A DNA stretch of 14,341 nucleotides from Thermodesulfovibrionales bacterium (GTDB lineage: Bacteria; Nitrospirota; Thermodesulfovibrionia; Thermodesulfovibrionales; UBA6898): positions 1-14,341 of the forward strand of contig JBIOIY010000065.1 of assembly GCA_044450345.1 (NCBI GenBank). The letters run 5' to 3'. Shown here piece by piece: positions 1 through 8,064 of the stretch. Within the stretch, counting starts at the first letter, position 1, and every line of letters starts with the position of its first letter. The position numbers and the translations under genes were made by a program. Under the pieces are notes generated by a model. That model did not search any database, was not told where the DNA came from, and saw nothing but the letters and a program-made list of their open reading frames with translations.

Positions 1-1
1 C

Positions 2-928
2 CTGTTGGACAAAGGATATGATGTCTACGGCACCGCCCGGGACGCGCAGATGTCTACGTTCGGAAACCTGTTGCGGCTCGGTGTCCGCGATCAGGTGCAT
101 CTGGACTCCATGGCATTGAATGACTTTCGGAGCGTCCTCCAGGTGCTTTCAAGGGTGAAGCCGGATGAACTTTATAATCTGGCCGGCCAGAGCTCGGTAG
201 GGCTCTCTTTCCAGCAGCCGGTGGAGACGCTCGAAAGCATCAGCGTAGGCGTCCTTAACCTGCTCGAGGCTATCCGTTTTATCGGCCTGCCTGTCAGGTT
301 CTATAACGCGGGGTCAAGCGAGTGTTTCGGAGACACCCGCGGGGCGGCGGCCGACGAGACCACCCCTTTTCACCCCCGGAGTCCGTACGCAGTGGCCAAG
401 GCAACGGCCTTCTGGGAACTTGCAAACTACCGGGAAGCCTATGGACTCTTTGCCCTTACCGGCGTCCTCTTCAACCATGAATCTCCGCTGCGGCCCGAGC
501 GCTTCGTCACGAAGAAGATAGTCACTACCGCCTGCCGGATCGCCTCGGGGAGCGATGAAAAGCTTCACCTCGGAAATATATCCATCGCCAGGGACTGGGG
601 ATGGGCCCCGGAGTACGTCGAGGCGATGTGGCTGATGATGCAGCAGGATACGCCCGATGACTTTGTGATCGCTACCGGAGAGACTCATTCCCTGGAGGAA
701 TTTGTAGCAGAGGCATTTAATTGCGTCGGGCTTGACTGGCACAACCACGTGATCACGGACCCTTCCCTTTACAGGCCTACCGAGATATCGATCGGCAGGG
801 GCAGTCCGGCAAAGGCGGAGAAGGTCCTCGGGTGGAAAGCTCGTTATAGGATGCGCGACGTCGTCCGTATGATGACGGAGCATGAACGCGCGTCAGTCAC
901 TGACAATAATACTGGTAATGTCTCATAG
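2..928 (+). CDS. gmd: GDP-mannose 4,6-dehydratase-like extended SDR, 5'-truncated (divergent paralog)
   Basis: Frame is open from base 2 (LLDKGYDVYG...), and the GxxGxxG motif is absent, so the true start lies upstream. Gmd motifs present: YNLAGQSSV, SSECFG, PRSPYAVAK (YxxxK), [28 protein letters not shown]. Confidence 0.85.
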   Translation: MLDKGYDVYGTARDAQMSTFGNLLRLGVRDQVHLDSMALNDFRSVLQVLSRVKPDELYNLAGQSSVGLSFQQPVETLESISVGVLNLLEAIRFIGLPVRFYNAGSSECFGDTRGAAADETTPFHPRSPYAVAKATAFWELANYREAYGLFALTGVLFNHESPLRPERFVTKKIVTTACRIASGSDEKLHLGNISIARDWGWAPEYVEAMWLMMQQDTPDDFVIATGETHSLEEFVAEAFNCVGLDWHNHVITDPSLYRPTEISIGRGSPAKAEKVLGWKARYRMRDVVRMMTEHERASVTDNNTGNVS

Positions 929-929
929 G

Positions 930-1044
930 TTGTCATTGCGGCTTGTCCGCCCAGCCTTACGCGGGTCCGCCAGGGCGGACAATCCCTCTTCGCAGAGGGA
1001 CTCCCGACAAGCCTGCCTACCGGACAGGCAGGCGGGAGTGACAA
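930..1044. repeat. Composite REP-like palindromic element with nested mini-palindromes
   Basis: Terminal inverted repeat TTGTCA(930-935)/TGACAA(1039-1044). Internal perfect inverted repeats: TTGTCCGCCC(943-952)/GGGCGGACAA(973-982), TCCCTCT(983-989)/AGAGGGA(994-1000), ACTCCCG(1000-1006)/CGGGAGT(1033-1039), GCCTGCCT(1011-1018)/AGGCAGGC(1026-1033). Confidence 0.8.
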
Positions 1045-1111
1045 ACATATGTCGCTTACTTATAAAACGCAACACTGGACCTTACCATACTGACAAGGAG
1101 ACGATGAAATA

Positions 1112-2197
1112 ATGAAGACAGCGTTGATTACAGGCATTACAGGACAGGACGGGGCGTATCTTGCGGAATTCCTTCTGGAGAAGGGATACGCGGTGCACGG
1201 GATAAAGCGGCGGGCGTCCCTTTTCAATACCGACAGGATCGACCATCTCTATAAAGACCCCCATGAAAGAGGGGTAAAGTTCAAACTCCACTATGGGGAC
1301 CTCACCGATGCGACAAACCTCATCCGTATCATCCAGGAGACCAAACCCGACGAAATATATAACCTTGCTGCCCAGAGCCATGTCATGGTCTCTTTCGAGA
1401 CGCCCGAATATACCGCGAATTCCGACGCCCTCGGCACACTAAGACTGCTTGAGGCGATCCGTATCCTCGGACTTTCACGAAAAACAAGGTTCTATCAGGC
1501 ATCGACCTCGGAACTGTACGGCAAGGTACAGGAGATACCCCAGACCGAAAAGACCCCCTTTTATCCGAGAAGCCCCTACGGAGTTGCGAAGCTCTATTCT
1601 TACTGGATCACGGTCAACTACCGCGAGGCGTACGACTTCTTCGCCTGTAACGGCATCCTTTTCAACCATGAGTCCCCTATCCGGGGCGAGACCTTTGTGA
1701 CGCGGAAGATAACCCGCGCCGTGGCGAGAATAAAACTCGGGCTTCAGGAGAAACTCTTCCTCGGCAACGTCAATGCAAAACGCGACTGGGGCCATGCAAA
1801 GGACTATATAGAGGCCCAGTGGCTCATACTCCAGCAGGACACGCCGGATGATTTCGTCATCGCCACCGGCGAGCAGCATTCAGTCAGGGAGTTTGTGGAG
1901 AGCTCATTCCATGAGGTAGGGATAGATCTGGGCTGGAAGGGCGAAGGGAGCGATGAAAAAGGATTTGACAAGGGCACCGGCAAGGTCATTGTCGAGATAG
2001 ACAAACGCTATTTCCGGCCGACCGAGGTCGAGACGCTCCTTGGAGACCCTTCGAAGGCGAAGGAGAAGCTCCGCTGGACACCGAAGGTCGGGTTCAAGGA
2101 ACTGGTCTCCGAGATGGTCCGGGAAGACCTGAAGGAGGCCGAACGCGACCAGCTCTGCAAGAGGGAAGGGTTCAGGACGTTTAGATATCATGAGTGA
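1112..2197 (+). CDS. gmd: GDP-mannose 4,6-dehydratase
   Basis: [92 protein letters not shown] at 1095-1100 is a plausible RBS. Confidence 0.97.
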   Translation: MKTALITGITGQDGAYLAEFLLEKGYAVHGIKRRASLFNTDRIDHLYKDPHERGVKFKLHYGDLTDATNLIRIIQETKPDEIYNLAAQSHVMVSFETPEYTANSDALGTLRLLEAIRILGLSRKTRFYQASTSELYGKVQEIPQTEKTPFYPRSPYGVAKLYSYWITVNYREAYDFFACNGILFNHESPIRGETFVTRKITRAVARIKLGLQEKLFLGNVNAKRDWGHAKDYIEAQWLILQQDTPDDFVIATGEQHSVREFVESSFHEVGIDLGWKGEGSDEKGFDKGTGKVIVEIDKRYFRPTEVETLLGDPSKAKEKLRWTPKVGFKELVSEMVREDLKEAERDQLCKREGFRTFRYHE

Positions 2198-2200
2198 AGA

Positions 2201-2235
2201 AAGGTCAAGGGTAAAGAGAGGTCGAGGCTAAGCGT
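2201..2235. repeat. Degenerate hexamer array (RAGGYY-like) between gmd and fcl
   Basis: aaggtc aagggt (aaaga) gaggtc gaggct aagcgt. It is the reverse-complement orientation of the AACCTY array downstream of fcl. Confidence 0.55.
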
Positions 2236-2243
2236 GAAGTCAT

Positions 2244-3173
2244 ATGAATAAGACTTCACGTATTTACGTTGCCGGACATCGGGGGCTCGTCGGGGCCGCG
2301 CTCTGCAGAAAACTCGAAGCTGAAGGCTACCGCAATCTCGTGGTGAGGACCAGCAAGGAGCTTGACCTGACGCGGCAGTCGGATGTAGATGCTTTTTTTG
2401 CCAGGGAGAGGCCCGAATATGTCTTCCTTGCCGCGGCAAAGGTGGGGGGCATTCTTGCCAACGATACCTATCGAGCGGATTTCATCTACAGGAACATCAT
2501 GATAGAGGCGGACGTAATCCACGCCTCATGGCGGAATGGCGTAAAAAAACTCCTCTTCCTCGGCAGCTCCTGCATCTACCCGAAATTCTGTCCCCAGCCG
2601 ATGAAGGAGGAGTATCTCCTGACAGGGGAACTGGAGCCGACAAACGAGCCGTATGCGGTCGCGAAGATCGCGGGGATCAAGATGTGCCAGGCTTACGACG
2701 AACAGTATCAGACAAATTTTATCTCGGTGATGCCGACGAACCTTTACGGCCCTTTCGACAACTTCAATCTCGAAACGTCCCACGTGCTTCCTGCCATGAT
2801 AAGAAAATTTCACGAGGCGAAGATGGAAAATCATCCCTTTGTAACCATCTGGGGTACAGGGACTCCCAGGAGGGAATTCCTCTATATCGACGACCTCGCG
2901 GACGCCTGCGTCTTTCTTATGGAGAACTATGACGGCTCAGACATCCTTAACATCGGCGTGGGAGAAGACATCTCGATCACCGACCTGTCGATGCTCGTCA
3001 AGGAGATCACAGGGTATAAAGGCGATATCGCCTATGACGGCTCCAAACCGGACGGCACGCCGAGGAAGCTCCTCGATGTGTCAAGGCTGCATTCCCTCGG
3101 CTGGAAGGCAAAGACAGGCCTCAGGGGAGGGATCAAGAAGACGTACGAATGGTATGTGGAAAATAAAGATTAA
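2244..3173 (+). CDS. fcl: GDP-L-fucose synthase (GDP-4-keto-6-deoxymannose epimerase/reductase)
   Basis: [33 protein letters not shown] (catalytic Ser/Cys), [22 protein letters not shown] (catalytic His), [18 protein letters not shown]. Lies directly after gmd. Confidence 0.95.
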   Translation: MNKTSRIYVAGHRGLVGAALCRKLEAEGYRNLVVRTSKELDLTRQSDVDAFFARERPEYVFLAAAKVGGILANDTYRADFIYRNIMIEADVIHASWRNGVKKLLFLGSSCIYPKFCPQPMKEEYLLTGELEPTNEPYAVAKIAGIKMCQAYDEQYQTNFISVMPTNLYGPFDNFNLETSHVLPAMIRKFHEAKMENHPFVTIWGTGTPRREFLYIDDLADACVFLMENYDGSDILNIGVGEDISITDLSMLVKEITGYKGDIAYDGSKPDGTPRKLLDVSRLHSLGWKAKTGLRGGIKKTYEWYVENKD

Positions 3174-3246
3174 GGCTAAGGCTCGACCTTAACCTCAACC
3201 TTAACCTCAACCTTAACCTTAACCTTCTTTCTTAACCTTCTTTCTC
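3171..3246. repeat. Hexamer tandem array (AACCTY) preceded by two inverted units
   Basis: taaggc taaggc tc, then gacctt aacctc aacctt aacctc aacctt aacctt aacctt (3185-3226). A 13-mer AACCTTCTTTCTY is duplicated at 3221-3233 and 3234-3246. Confidence 0.9.
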
Positions 3247-3248
3247 AG

Positions 3249-4205
3249 ATGATTCCAAGAATCTCGATAGTCACCCCTTCATTTAACCAGGGCCGGTTCA
3301 TAGAGGAGACCATTAAGAGCGTGATCGGTCAGGAGGGGGAATTCCACATCGACTACATTATAGTTGACGGCGGCTCTTCCGACAACACGCTTGAGATAAT
3401 CAAGAAATACGATTCTATGCTGCGGACGCGGAGCTGGCCGGTCAAATGTCGCGGGATCACCTACCGGTGGACCAGCGAAAGGGACAGGGGCCAGGCCGAC
3501 GCGATCGACAAAGGGTTCCGCTTGGCAGAAGGCGAGATCGTCACTTGGCTCAATTCCGACGATACTTACCTGCAGGGCTCTATCGCCAGGGTCCTCGGCC
3601 TCTTTACGACAGAGTCCGGAGCTGATGTTGTGTACGGCAGATGCCATTATATAGACGAGGGAGGAACGGTCACCGGAGATTATCCCACCGGGCCCTTTGA
3701 CCGCAGGGCCCTCGCGACCTTCAACTTCGTCTGTCAACCGGCGACTTTCTTCAGGAGAGAGGCCCTGGAAAAGGCGGGCGGTCTTGATCCGGACCTCCGC
3801 TACGTGATGGATTATGACCTCTGGATAAGGATGTCCGGCCGGAGTAAGTTCCTCTATCTTCCCGAATTTCTCTCGACATACCGGCTCCATGATATATCGA
3901 AAACCATGTCCGCCTCCGATGCCGTCGCAAATCAGGAAGAATGTCTGAAAACGGTGATGAGGCATTACCACTGGGCGCCGTTTAACAGGGTCTACGGTTA
4001 CTGCTACCAGACGGTAACTCGTACCTGGCCGTCTTTTTCCCGGGTAAGGTTATTCGCCGTCCTTTTCTCCCTCTTTTTCGCAGTTGCGAAGTACCTGCGC
4101 CTCAATAAGAAGATAAAACTCGATGACCTGAAGATGATAAACCCGAGGAATGCAAGGAAGCTCTTTAAGGATTGGATAGACATTAACAAGGAAAGCCGGC
4201 CGTGA
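3249..4205 (+). CDS. Glycosyltransferase family 2 (WcaE/WfgS-like)
   Basis: ISIVTPSFNQGRFIEETIKSV, VDGGSSDNT, SERDRGQADAIDKG, WLNSDD, CQPATFFRR, YVMDYDLW. Confidence 0.92.
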   Translation: MIPRISIVTPSFNQGRFIEETIKSVIGQEGEFHIDYIIVDGGSSDNTLEIIKKYDSMLRTRSWPVKCRGITYRWTSERDRGQADAIDKGFRLAEGEIVTWLNSDDTYLQGSIARVLGLFTTESGADVVYGRCHYIDEGGTVTGDYPTGPFDRRALATFNFVCQPATFFRREALEKAGGLDPDLRYVMDYDLWIRMSGRSKFLYLPEFLSTYRLHDISKTMSASDAVANQEECLKTVMRHYHWAPFNRVYGYCYQTVTRTWPSFSRVRLFAVLFSLFFAVAKYLRLNKKIKLDDLKMINPRNARKLFKDWIDINKESRP

Positions 4206-5347
4206 GGATCGCACATATATCCCCAACGTTTCCGCCCGACAAAGGCGGCATGGGAAATGCAGCTTATCACATGGCCATGGAGGGCCTGAAGCGGGGCCAC
4301 GAGATCGTGGTCTTCACCCCGAGATACGCCGCCGGGCCCGAAGAGGAATCATACAACGGGCTCCGTGTGATCAGACTGAGCCCTTTCCTGCAATACGGAA
4401 AAGCCGCCTTCGTACCCCAGCTTTTTTTCAGACTCGGAGGTTTTGACATTTTACACCTTCATTATCCTTTCTTCGGCGGCGCCGAGGCCGTCTGGCTGTC
4501 AAGAGTCCTGAGAAAAAAGGGCAGGCTCGTGATAAGTTACCATATGGACGTCGTGGGGACAGGACTCAAGGCCTTTATATTCAAGGCGTACACTAAACTG
4601 CTCCTCGGAAAGATCGTATCTTCCGCAGACAAGATCGTGGTATCGTCGTGCGACTATGCCGAACACTCTTACATCAGCGGTCTGGTAAAGGCCGGCGATA
4701 CGGTTGAGATCCCCTATGGTATCGATGAAAGGTTTACCCCGCGGGGAAGGGAAGCAAGCCTTCTTGAGCGGTGGGACATCAAACAGGACGAACTGGTAAT
4801 CCTCTTTATGGGGGGCTTCGAGTATTTCAAGGGCATCGACCGTCTCATCAGGAGCCTTACGTCGGTCAAGGGCAACATCAAGGTACTGATCGCGGGGGAC
4901 GGTGAGTTGAGGCCCTCCTACGAAAAGCTCGCCCGCGACCTTGGAGTCGCCGACAGGGTACGTTTCCCCGGCGCCGTTGAAGACCGGGAGATTATCGATT
5001 ATTTTAACCTCTGCGATATATTCATACTCCCTTCACTGGACCGTACCGAGGCCTTCGGGATAGTACTTATCGAGGCCATGGCCTGCGAAAAACCCGTCGT
5101 AGCGGCCGACCTCCCCGGTGTAAGGACCGTGGTAGATGACGGGATAAACGGTTTACTGGTTGCGCCCGGGGATATAGCCGATATCGCGGCCAAACTGCAG
5201 CTCCTTATTGAAAGGGAAGACCTTAGAAAGGAATTCGGGCGGAGGGGAAGGGAAAAGGTGCTGCAAAAGTATCTTTGGCGAATAGTGGGCGACGGGCTGG
5301 ATGAGGTGTATGCCGAGATTCTATCGCGGCCGGCCGGTCCTGCGTGA
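4202..5347 (+). CDS. Glycosyltransferase family 4 (GT-B, retaining)
   Basis: FPPDKGG, KGIDRLI, IAGDGELR, FILPSLDRTEAFGIVLIEAMACEKPVV (EX7E motif), NGLLV. GTGA overlap with the upstream gene. Confidence 0.93.
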   Translation: MRIAHISPTFPPDKGGMGNAAYHMAMEGLKRGHEIVVFTPRYAAGPEEESYNGLRVIRLSPFLQYGKAAFVPQLFFRLGGFDILHLHYPFFGGAEAVWLSRVLRKKGRLVISYHMDVVGTGLKAFIFKAYTKLLLGKIVSSADKIVVSSCDYAEHSYISGLVKAGDTVEIPYGIDERFTPRGREASLLERWDIKQDELVILFMGGFEYFKGIDRLIRSLTSVKGNIKVLIAGDGELRPSYEKLARDLGVADRVRFPGAVEDREIIDYFNLCDIFILPSLDRTEAFGIVLIEAMACEKPVVAADLPGVRTVVDDGINGLLVAPGDIADIAAKLQLLIEREDLRKEFGRRGREKVLQKYLWRIVGDGLDEVYAEILSRPAGPA

Positions 5348-5388
5348 AAATTGATTTTGCTTTGCACAGGAAAAAATTCGCGCTGATA

Positions 5389-5418
5389 TTGTCTGGCATC
5401 CCATGGATGTTATATACT
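5389..5418 (+). promoter_or_regulatory. Putative sigma70-type promoter upstream of manC
   Basis: TTGTCT(5389-5394), 18 nt spacer, TATACT(5413-5418), within an AT-rich 140-nt intergenic gap. GGAGG RBS at 5476-5480, 7 nt before the ATG at 5488. Confidence 0.45.
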
Positions 5419-5487
5419 TCTCAGATCGGAATCGATTATCGAGGATTTTTTATTGAGAAATATTCCTATTAAACCGGAGGGATTTCA

Positions 5488-6942
5488 ATGAAGGCTATTA
5501 TCCTGGCAGGCGGAAGCGGGACGCGTCTCTGGCCCCTTTCGAGAAAGAACTACCCGAAGCAGTTTTTGAAGATCAACAGCTGCAGCGACGGCGCCGGTTG
5601 CGCCTTTGACAGGGGGTCCCTCATCCAGCAGACTGTTACAAGACTCCTCAAGGCCGTCCGCCCCGAGGACGTCCTGATCATGACCAACGACGAATATAAG
5701 TTCCATGTAAAGACCGATCTCGATTCCCTGCCTGAAGACGTCTCCGGCAATATTGTCCTCGAACCTTTTAAGAGAAACACCGCCCCTGCCATCGCCCTTG
5801 CCCTCAGATACTGCATTGATAAGCTCGGATGCGGCGATGACGAGGTAGTCTTCATCTCTCCCGCGGACCATATTATCGAGCCCGAGCCGAAATTCATCCG
5901 GTACCTGAGGGCGGCCGAGGATGCGGCAAAACAGGGATTCATAGTCACCTTCGGGATAAAACCGCTCTACCCTGAGACGGGATACGGGTATATAAAGTGC
6001 AAAATGCAAAAGGCAACGAGCAGTCAGCAGTCAGCCGTCAGTGGTTCTGAACCATATCTCGAAGTGGAGAGCTTTAAGGAGAAGCCGGACATGAAAACCG
6101 CCGAAAGATATTTCGAACAGGGGGGATATTACTGGAATTCCGGGATGTTTGCATTTACGATCGGGACCCTCGTGAAAGAATTGCGAAAGCATGCACCCGA
6201 GATCGCGGCACTCTACGACTCCGGATACGACAATATGGTTTCGTCCTTCGAAAAAATGCCCGACATATCGATCGATTACGCGGTGATGGAGCGGGCGGAG
6301 AATGTCGTCACCATGCCGATGGACATACGCTGGAACGACGTGGGCTCCTGGGATTCCATGTTCGAGGTCTTACCGAAAGATAAGGCAGGGAATGTAAAGA
6401 TCGGGGACGTGATCTCCCATGATACAAAAAATACTCTGATAATAAGCGACAAGAGACTGATCGCCGCGGTCGGACTCGAAAACCTGCTCGTCGTCGAGAC
6501 GGACGACGCCATACTCATCGCAAGGCGGGGCGATGCCCAGAAGGTAAAGCATGTCGTCGAAACACTGAGCGCCGAAGGGCGGAGAGAGGCGTCGGAGCAT
6601 ACCACGACCTACAGGCCCTGGGGCAGTTACACTGTTTTAGAAGACGGGCAGCGTTACAAGATCAAGAGGATCGTCGTGAACAAAGGTGAGAAGCTGAGCC
6701 TCCAGATGCACCACCACAGGAGCGAACACTGGGTTGTGATCAAGGGGGTCGCCCGGGTGACTATCGGGGAAGAGCTGAAGTTCGTACACGAAAATGAGAG
6801 CATCTACATCCCGAAGTCGACCCTTCACCGCCTCGAAAATCCCGGCAAGGTCCCCCTCGAAATCATCGAGGTCCAGAACGGAGAATACGTCGAAGAGGAC
6901 GACATCGTGAGGGTAGACGATATGTACGGAAGAAAGAAATAG
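5488..6942 (+). CDS. manC: Mannose-1-phosphate guanylyltransferase / mannose-6-phosphate isomerase (two-domain type II)
   Basis: AIILAGGSGTRLWPLSR..PKQFL, EPFKRNTAPA, PADH, PETGYGYI, FKEKP, WNSGMF, SIDYAVME, WNDVGSW. C-terminal cupin domain: RPWGSY, LSLQMHHHRSEHWVV, HRLENPG, EVQNGEYVEEDDIVR. Confidence 0.97.
   Translation: MKAIILAGGSGTRLWPLSRKNYPKQFLKINSCSDGAGCAFDRGSLIQQTVTRLLKAVRPEDVLIMTNDEYKFHVKTDLDSLPEDVSGNIVLEPFKRNTAPAIALALRYCIDKLGCGDDEVVFISPADHIIEPEPKFIRYLRAAEDAAKQGFIVTFGIKPLYPETGYGYIKCKMQKATSSQQSAVSGSEPYLEVESFKEKPDMKTAERYFEQGGYYWNSGMFAFTIGTLVKELRKHAPEIAALYDSGYDNMVSSFEKMPDISIDYAVMERAENVVTMPMDIRWNDVGSWDSMFEVLPKDKAGNVKIGDVISHDTKNTLIISDKRLIAAVGLENLLVVETDDAILIARRGDAQKVKHVVETLSAEGRREASEHTTTYRPWGSYTVLEDGQRYKIKRIVVNKGEKLSLQMHHHRSEHWVVIKGVARVTIGEELKFVHENESIYIPKSTLHRLENPGKVPLEIIEVQNGEYVEEDDIVRVDDMYGRKK
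5994..6042. repeat. Seven contiguous heptamers inside the manC coding sequence
   Basis: aaagtgc aaaatgc aaaaggc aacgagc agtcagc agtcagc cgtcagt, encoding KCKMQKATSSQQSAVS. Confidence 0.75.
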
Positions 6943-6944
6943 AA

Positions 6945-7038
6945 AGCAGGCGATCAGCGGACAGCAATCAGCATTCAGCAATCTATCATGTCACTATTAA
7001 TTCTTAAGCTGACGGCTGAATGCTGAAAGCTGAAAGCT
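6945..7038. repeat. Inverted heptamer arrays (NNTCAGC / GCTGANN) around a 28-nt AT-rich spacer
   Basis: Left arm: agcaggc gatcagc ggacagc aatcagc attcagc (6945-6979). Spacer 6980-7007. Right arm: gctgacg gctgaat gctgaaa gctgaaa gct (7008-7038). AGCATTCAGC(6970-6979) is the exact reverse complement of GCTGAATGCT(7015-7024). Confidence 0.9.
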
Positions 7039-7047
7039 TATTATTTA

Positions 7048-8064
7048 TTGAAAGCAATATCTGTCATAATCGCGAACCTTAACGGCGAAAGATATCTCCC
7101 CGACTGCCTCAGCGCACTTTCCACCCAGACCTTCAGGGACTTCGAAGTGATCGTGGTGGACAACGGGTCGACCGACGGTTCCCTCGATCTTCTGAAGAAG
7201 GATTTCCCCTGGGTGAAGGTCATCGCGCTAAAGGAAAATACGGGTTTCGCGCGTGGCAATAACATAGGCTTTGAAGCTTCCTCTTCGGAGTTTGTCGCGA
7301 CGCTGAATAACGACACGATAGTTGAGCCAGGCTGGCTTCAGGCCCTTTACGATACCGCGACGAAAGACGGCGCCATAGGCATGGTAGCATCTAAAATATT
7401 TCTCGGCAGGGAAGGGAATGAACTGGATTCAGCGGGGATGCTCATTTACCCTGACGGCATGACGAGACAGCGGGGACGAGGTGAAACTGACAACGGGCGA
7501 TACAACGGTACAGACGAGGTGCTTTTCCCCAGCGCTTGTGCGGCCCTTTACAGGCGTGAGATGCTAAAGGAGATCGGCTATTTCGACGAAGACTTTTTCT
7601 CCTACTGTGAGGACGCTGACCTCGGTCTGCGGGGAAGGCTGGCGGGCTGGCAATCGCGCCTTGCGCCTTCAGCCGTGGTACATCATCTCTATTCCGGAAC
7701 AGGGGGGAAATATTCGGCATTCAAGGCCTTCCTTGTCGAGAGGAACCACCTATGGGTCTTATTGAAAAACATGCCGCTACGGTATATACTGATTTCGCCC
7801 TTTTATACTGTCTGGAGATATGTTGTGCAGGTATACGGGCTGCTTACCGGCAAAGGGAGTGTGGCCAGGTTAGCAGAGAACAGCGGGATGTGTCAGCTCT
7901 TCGTCGTCGTGATAAAGGCATATTGCAGTGCATTGATAAGGCTACCGCTCATGGTGAGAAAGAGGAAGGCTGTGTGGGACAGGAGACGGATAAGTCGTGA
8001 AGGATACGCAGACCTCCTGAGGAGGCATCGCATTTCGGCGAGAGAACTCATGCTGAAGAACTAA
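7048..8064 (+). CDS. Glycosyltransferase family 2 (WbbL/rhamnosyltransferase-like subgroup)
   Basis: VVDNGSTDGS, NTGFARGNNIG, LNNDT, SACAALYRR, GYFDEDFFSYCEDADLGLR, ERNHLW. TTG start; an in-frame TGA at 7024 limits upstream extension. Confidence 0.9.
   Translation: MKAISVIIANLNGERYLPDCLSALSTQTFRDFEVIVVDNGSTDGSLDLLKKDFPWVKVIALKENTGFARGNNIGFEASSSEFVATLNNDTIVEPGWLQALYDTATKDGAIGMVASKIFLGREGNELDSAGMLIYPDGMTRQRGRGETDNGRYNGTDEVLFPSACAALYRREMLKEIGYFDEDFFSYCEDADLGLRGRLAGWQSRLAPSAVVHHLYSGTGGKYSAFKAFLVERNHLWVLLKNMPLRYILISPFYTVWRYVVQVYGLLTGKGSVARLAENSGMCQLFVVVIKAYCSALIRLPLMVRKRKAVWDRRRISREGYADLLRRHRISARELMLKN

Noticed and set aside
892..904. Short palindromes GTCAGT-C-ACTGAC (892-904) and CTGACGTCAG (11641-11650) as operator sites
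   Set aside because: Both lie within coding 3' ends, differ from each other and are not near an evident promoter.
844..1112. Small ORFs 882-1112 (+) and 844-1044 (-) across the gmd-gmd gap
   Set aside because: They are translations of the palindromic element (e.g. RQACLPDRQAG) and have no protein-like features.
1104..1112. Mini-ORF ATG-AAA-TAA overlapping the gmd start
   Set aside because: Only 3 nt from the AAGGAG motif, which is too close for efficient initiation. There is no evidence for a leader-peptide role.
2244..3173. Colitose synthase (ColC) instead of Fcl
   Set aside because: No ColD-type PLP-dependent dehydratase is in the window and direct gmd-fcl adjacency favours fucose. It cannot be fully excluded.
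3185..3246. CRISPR array or telomere-like repeat (AACCTY resembles TTAGGG-type units)
   Set aside because: Units are 6 nt with no unique spacers and no cas genes. The array is short and internal to a bacterial operon.
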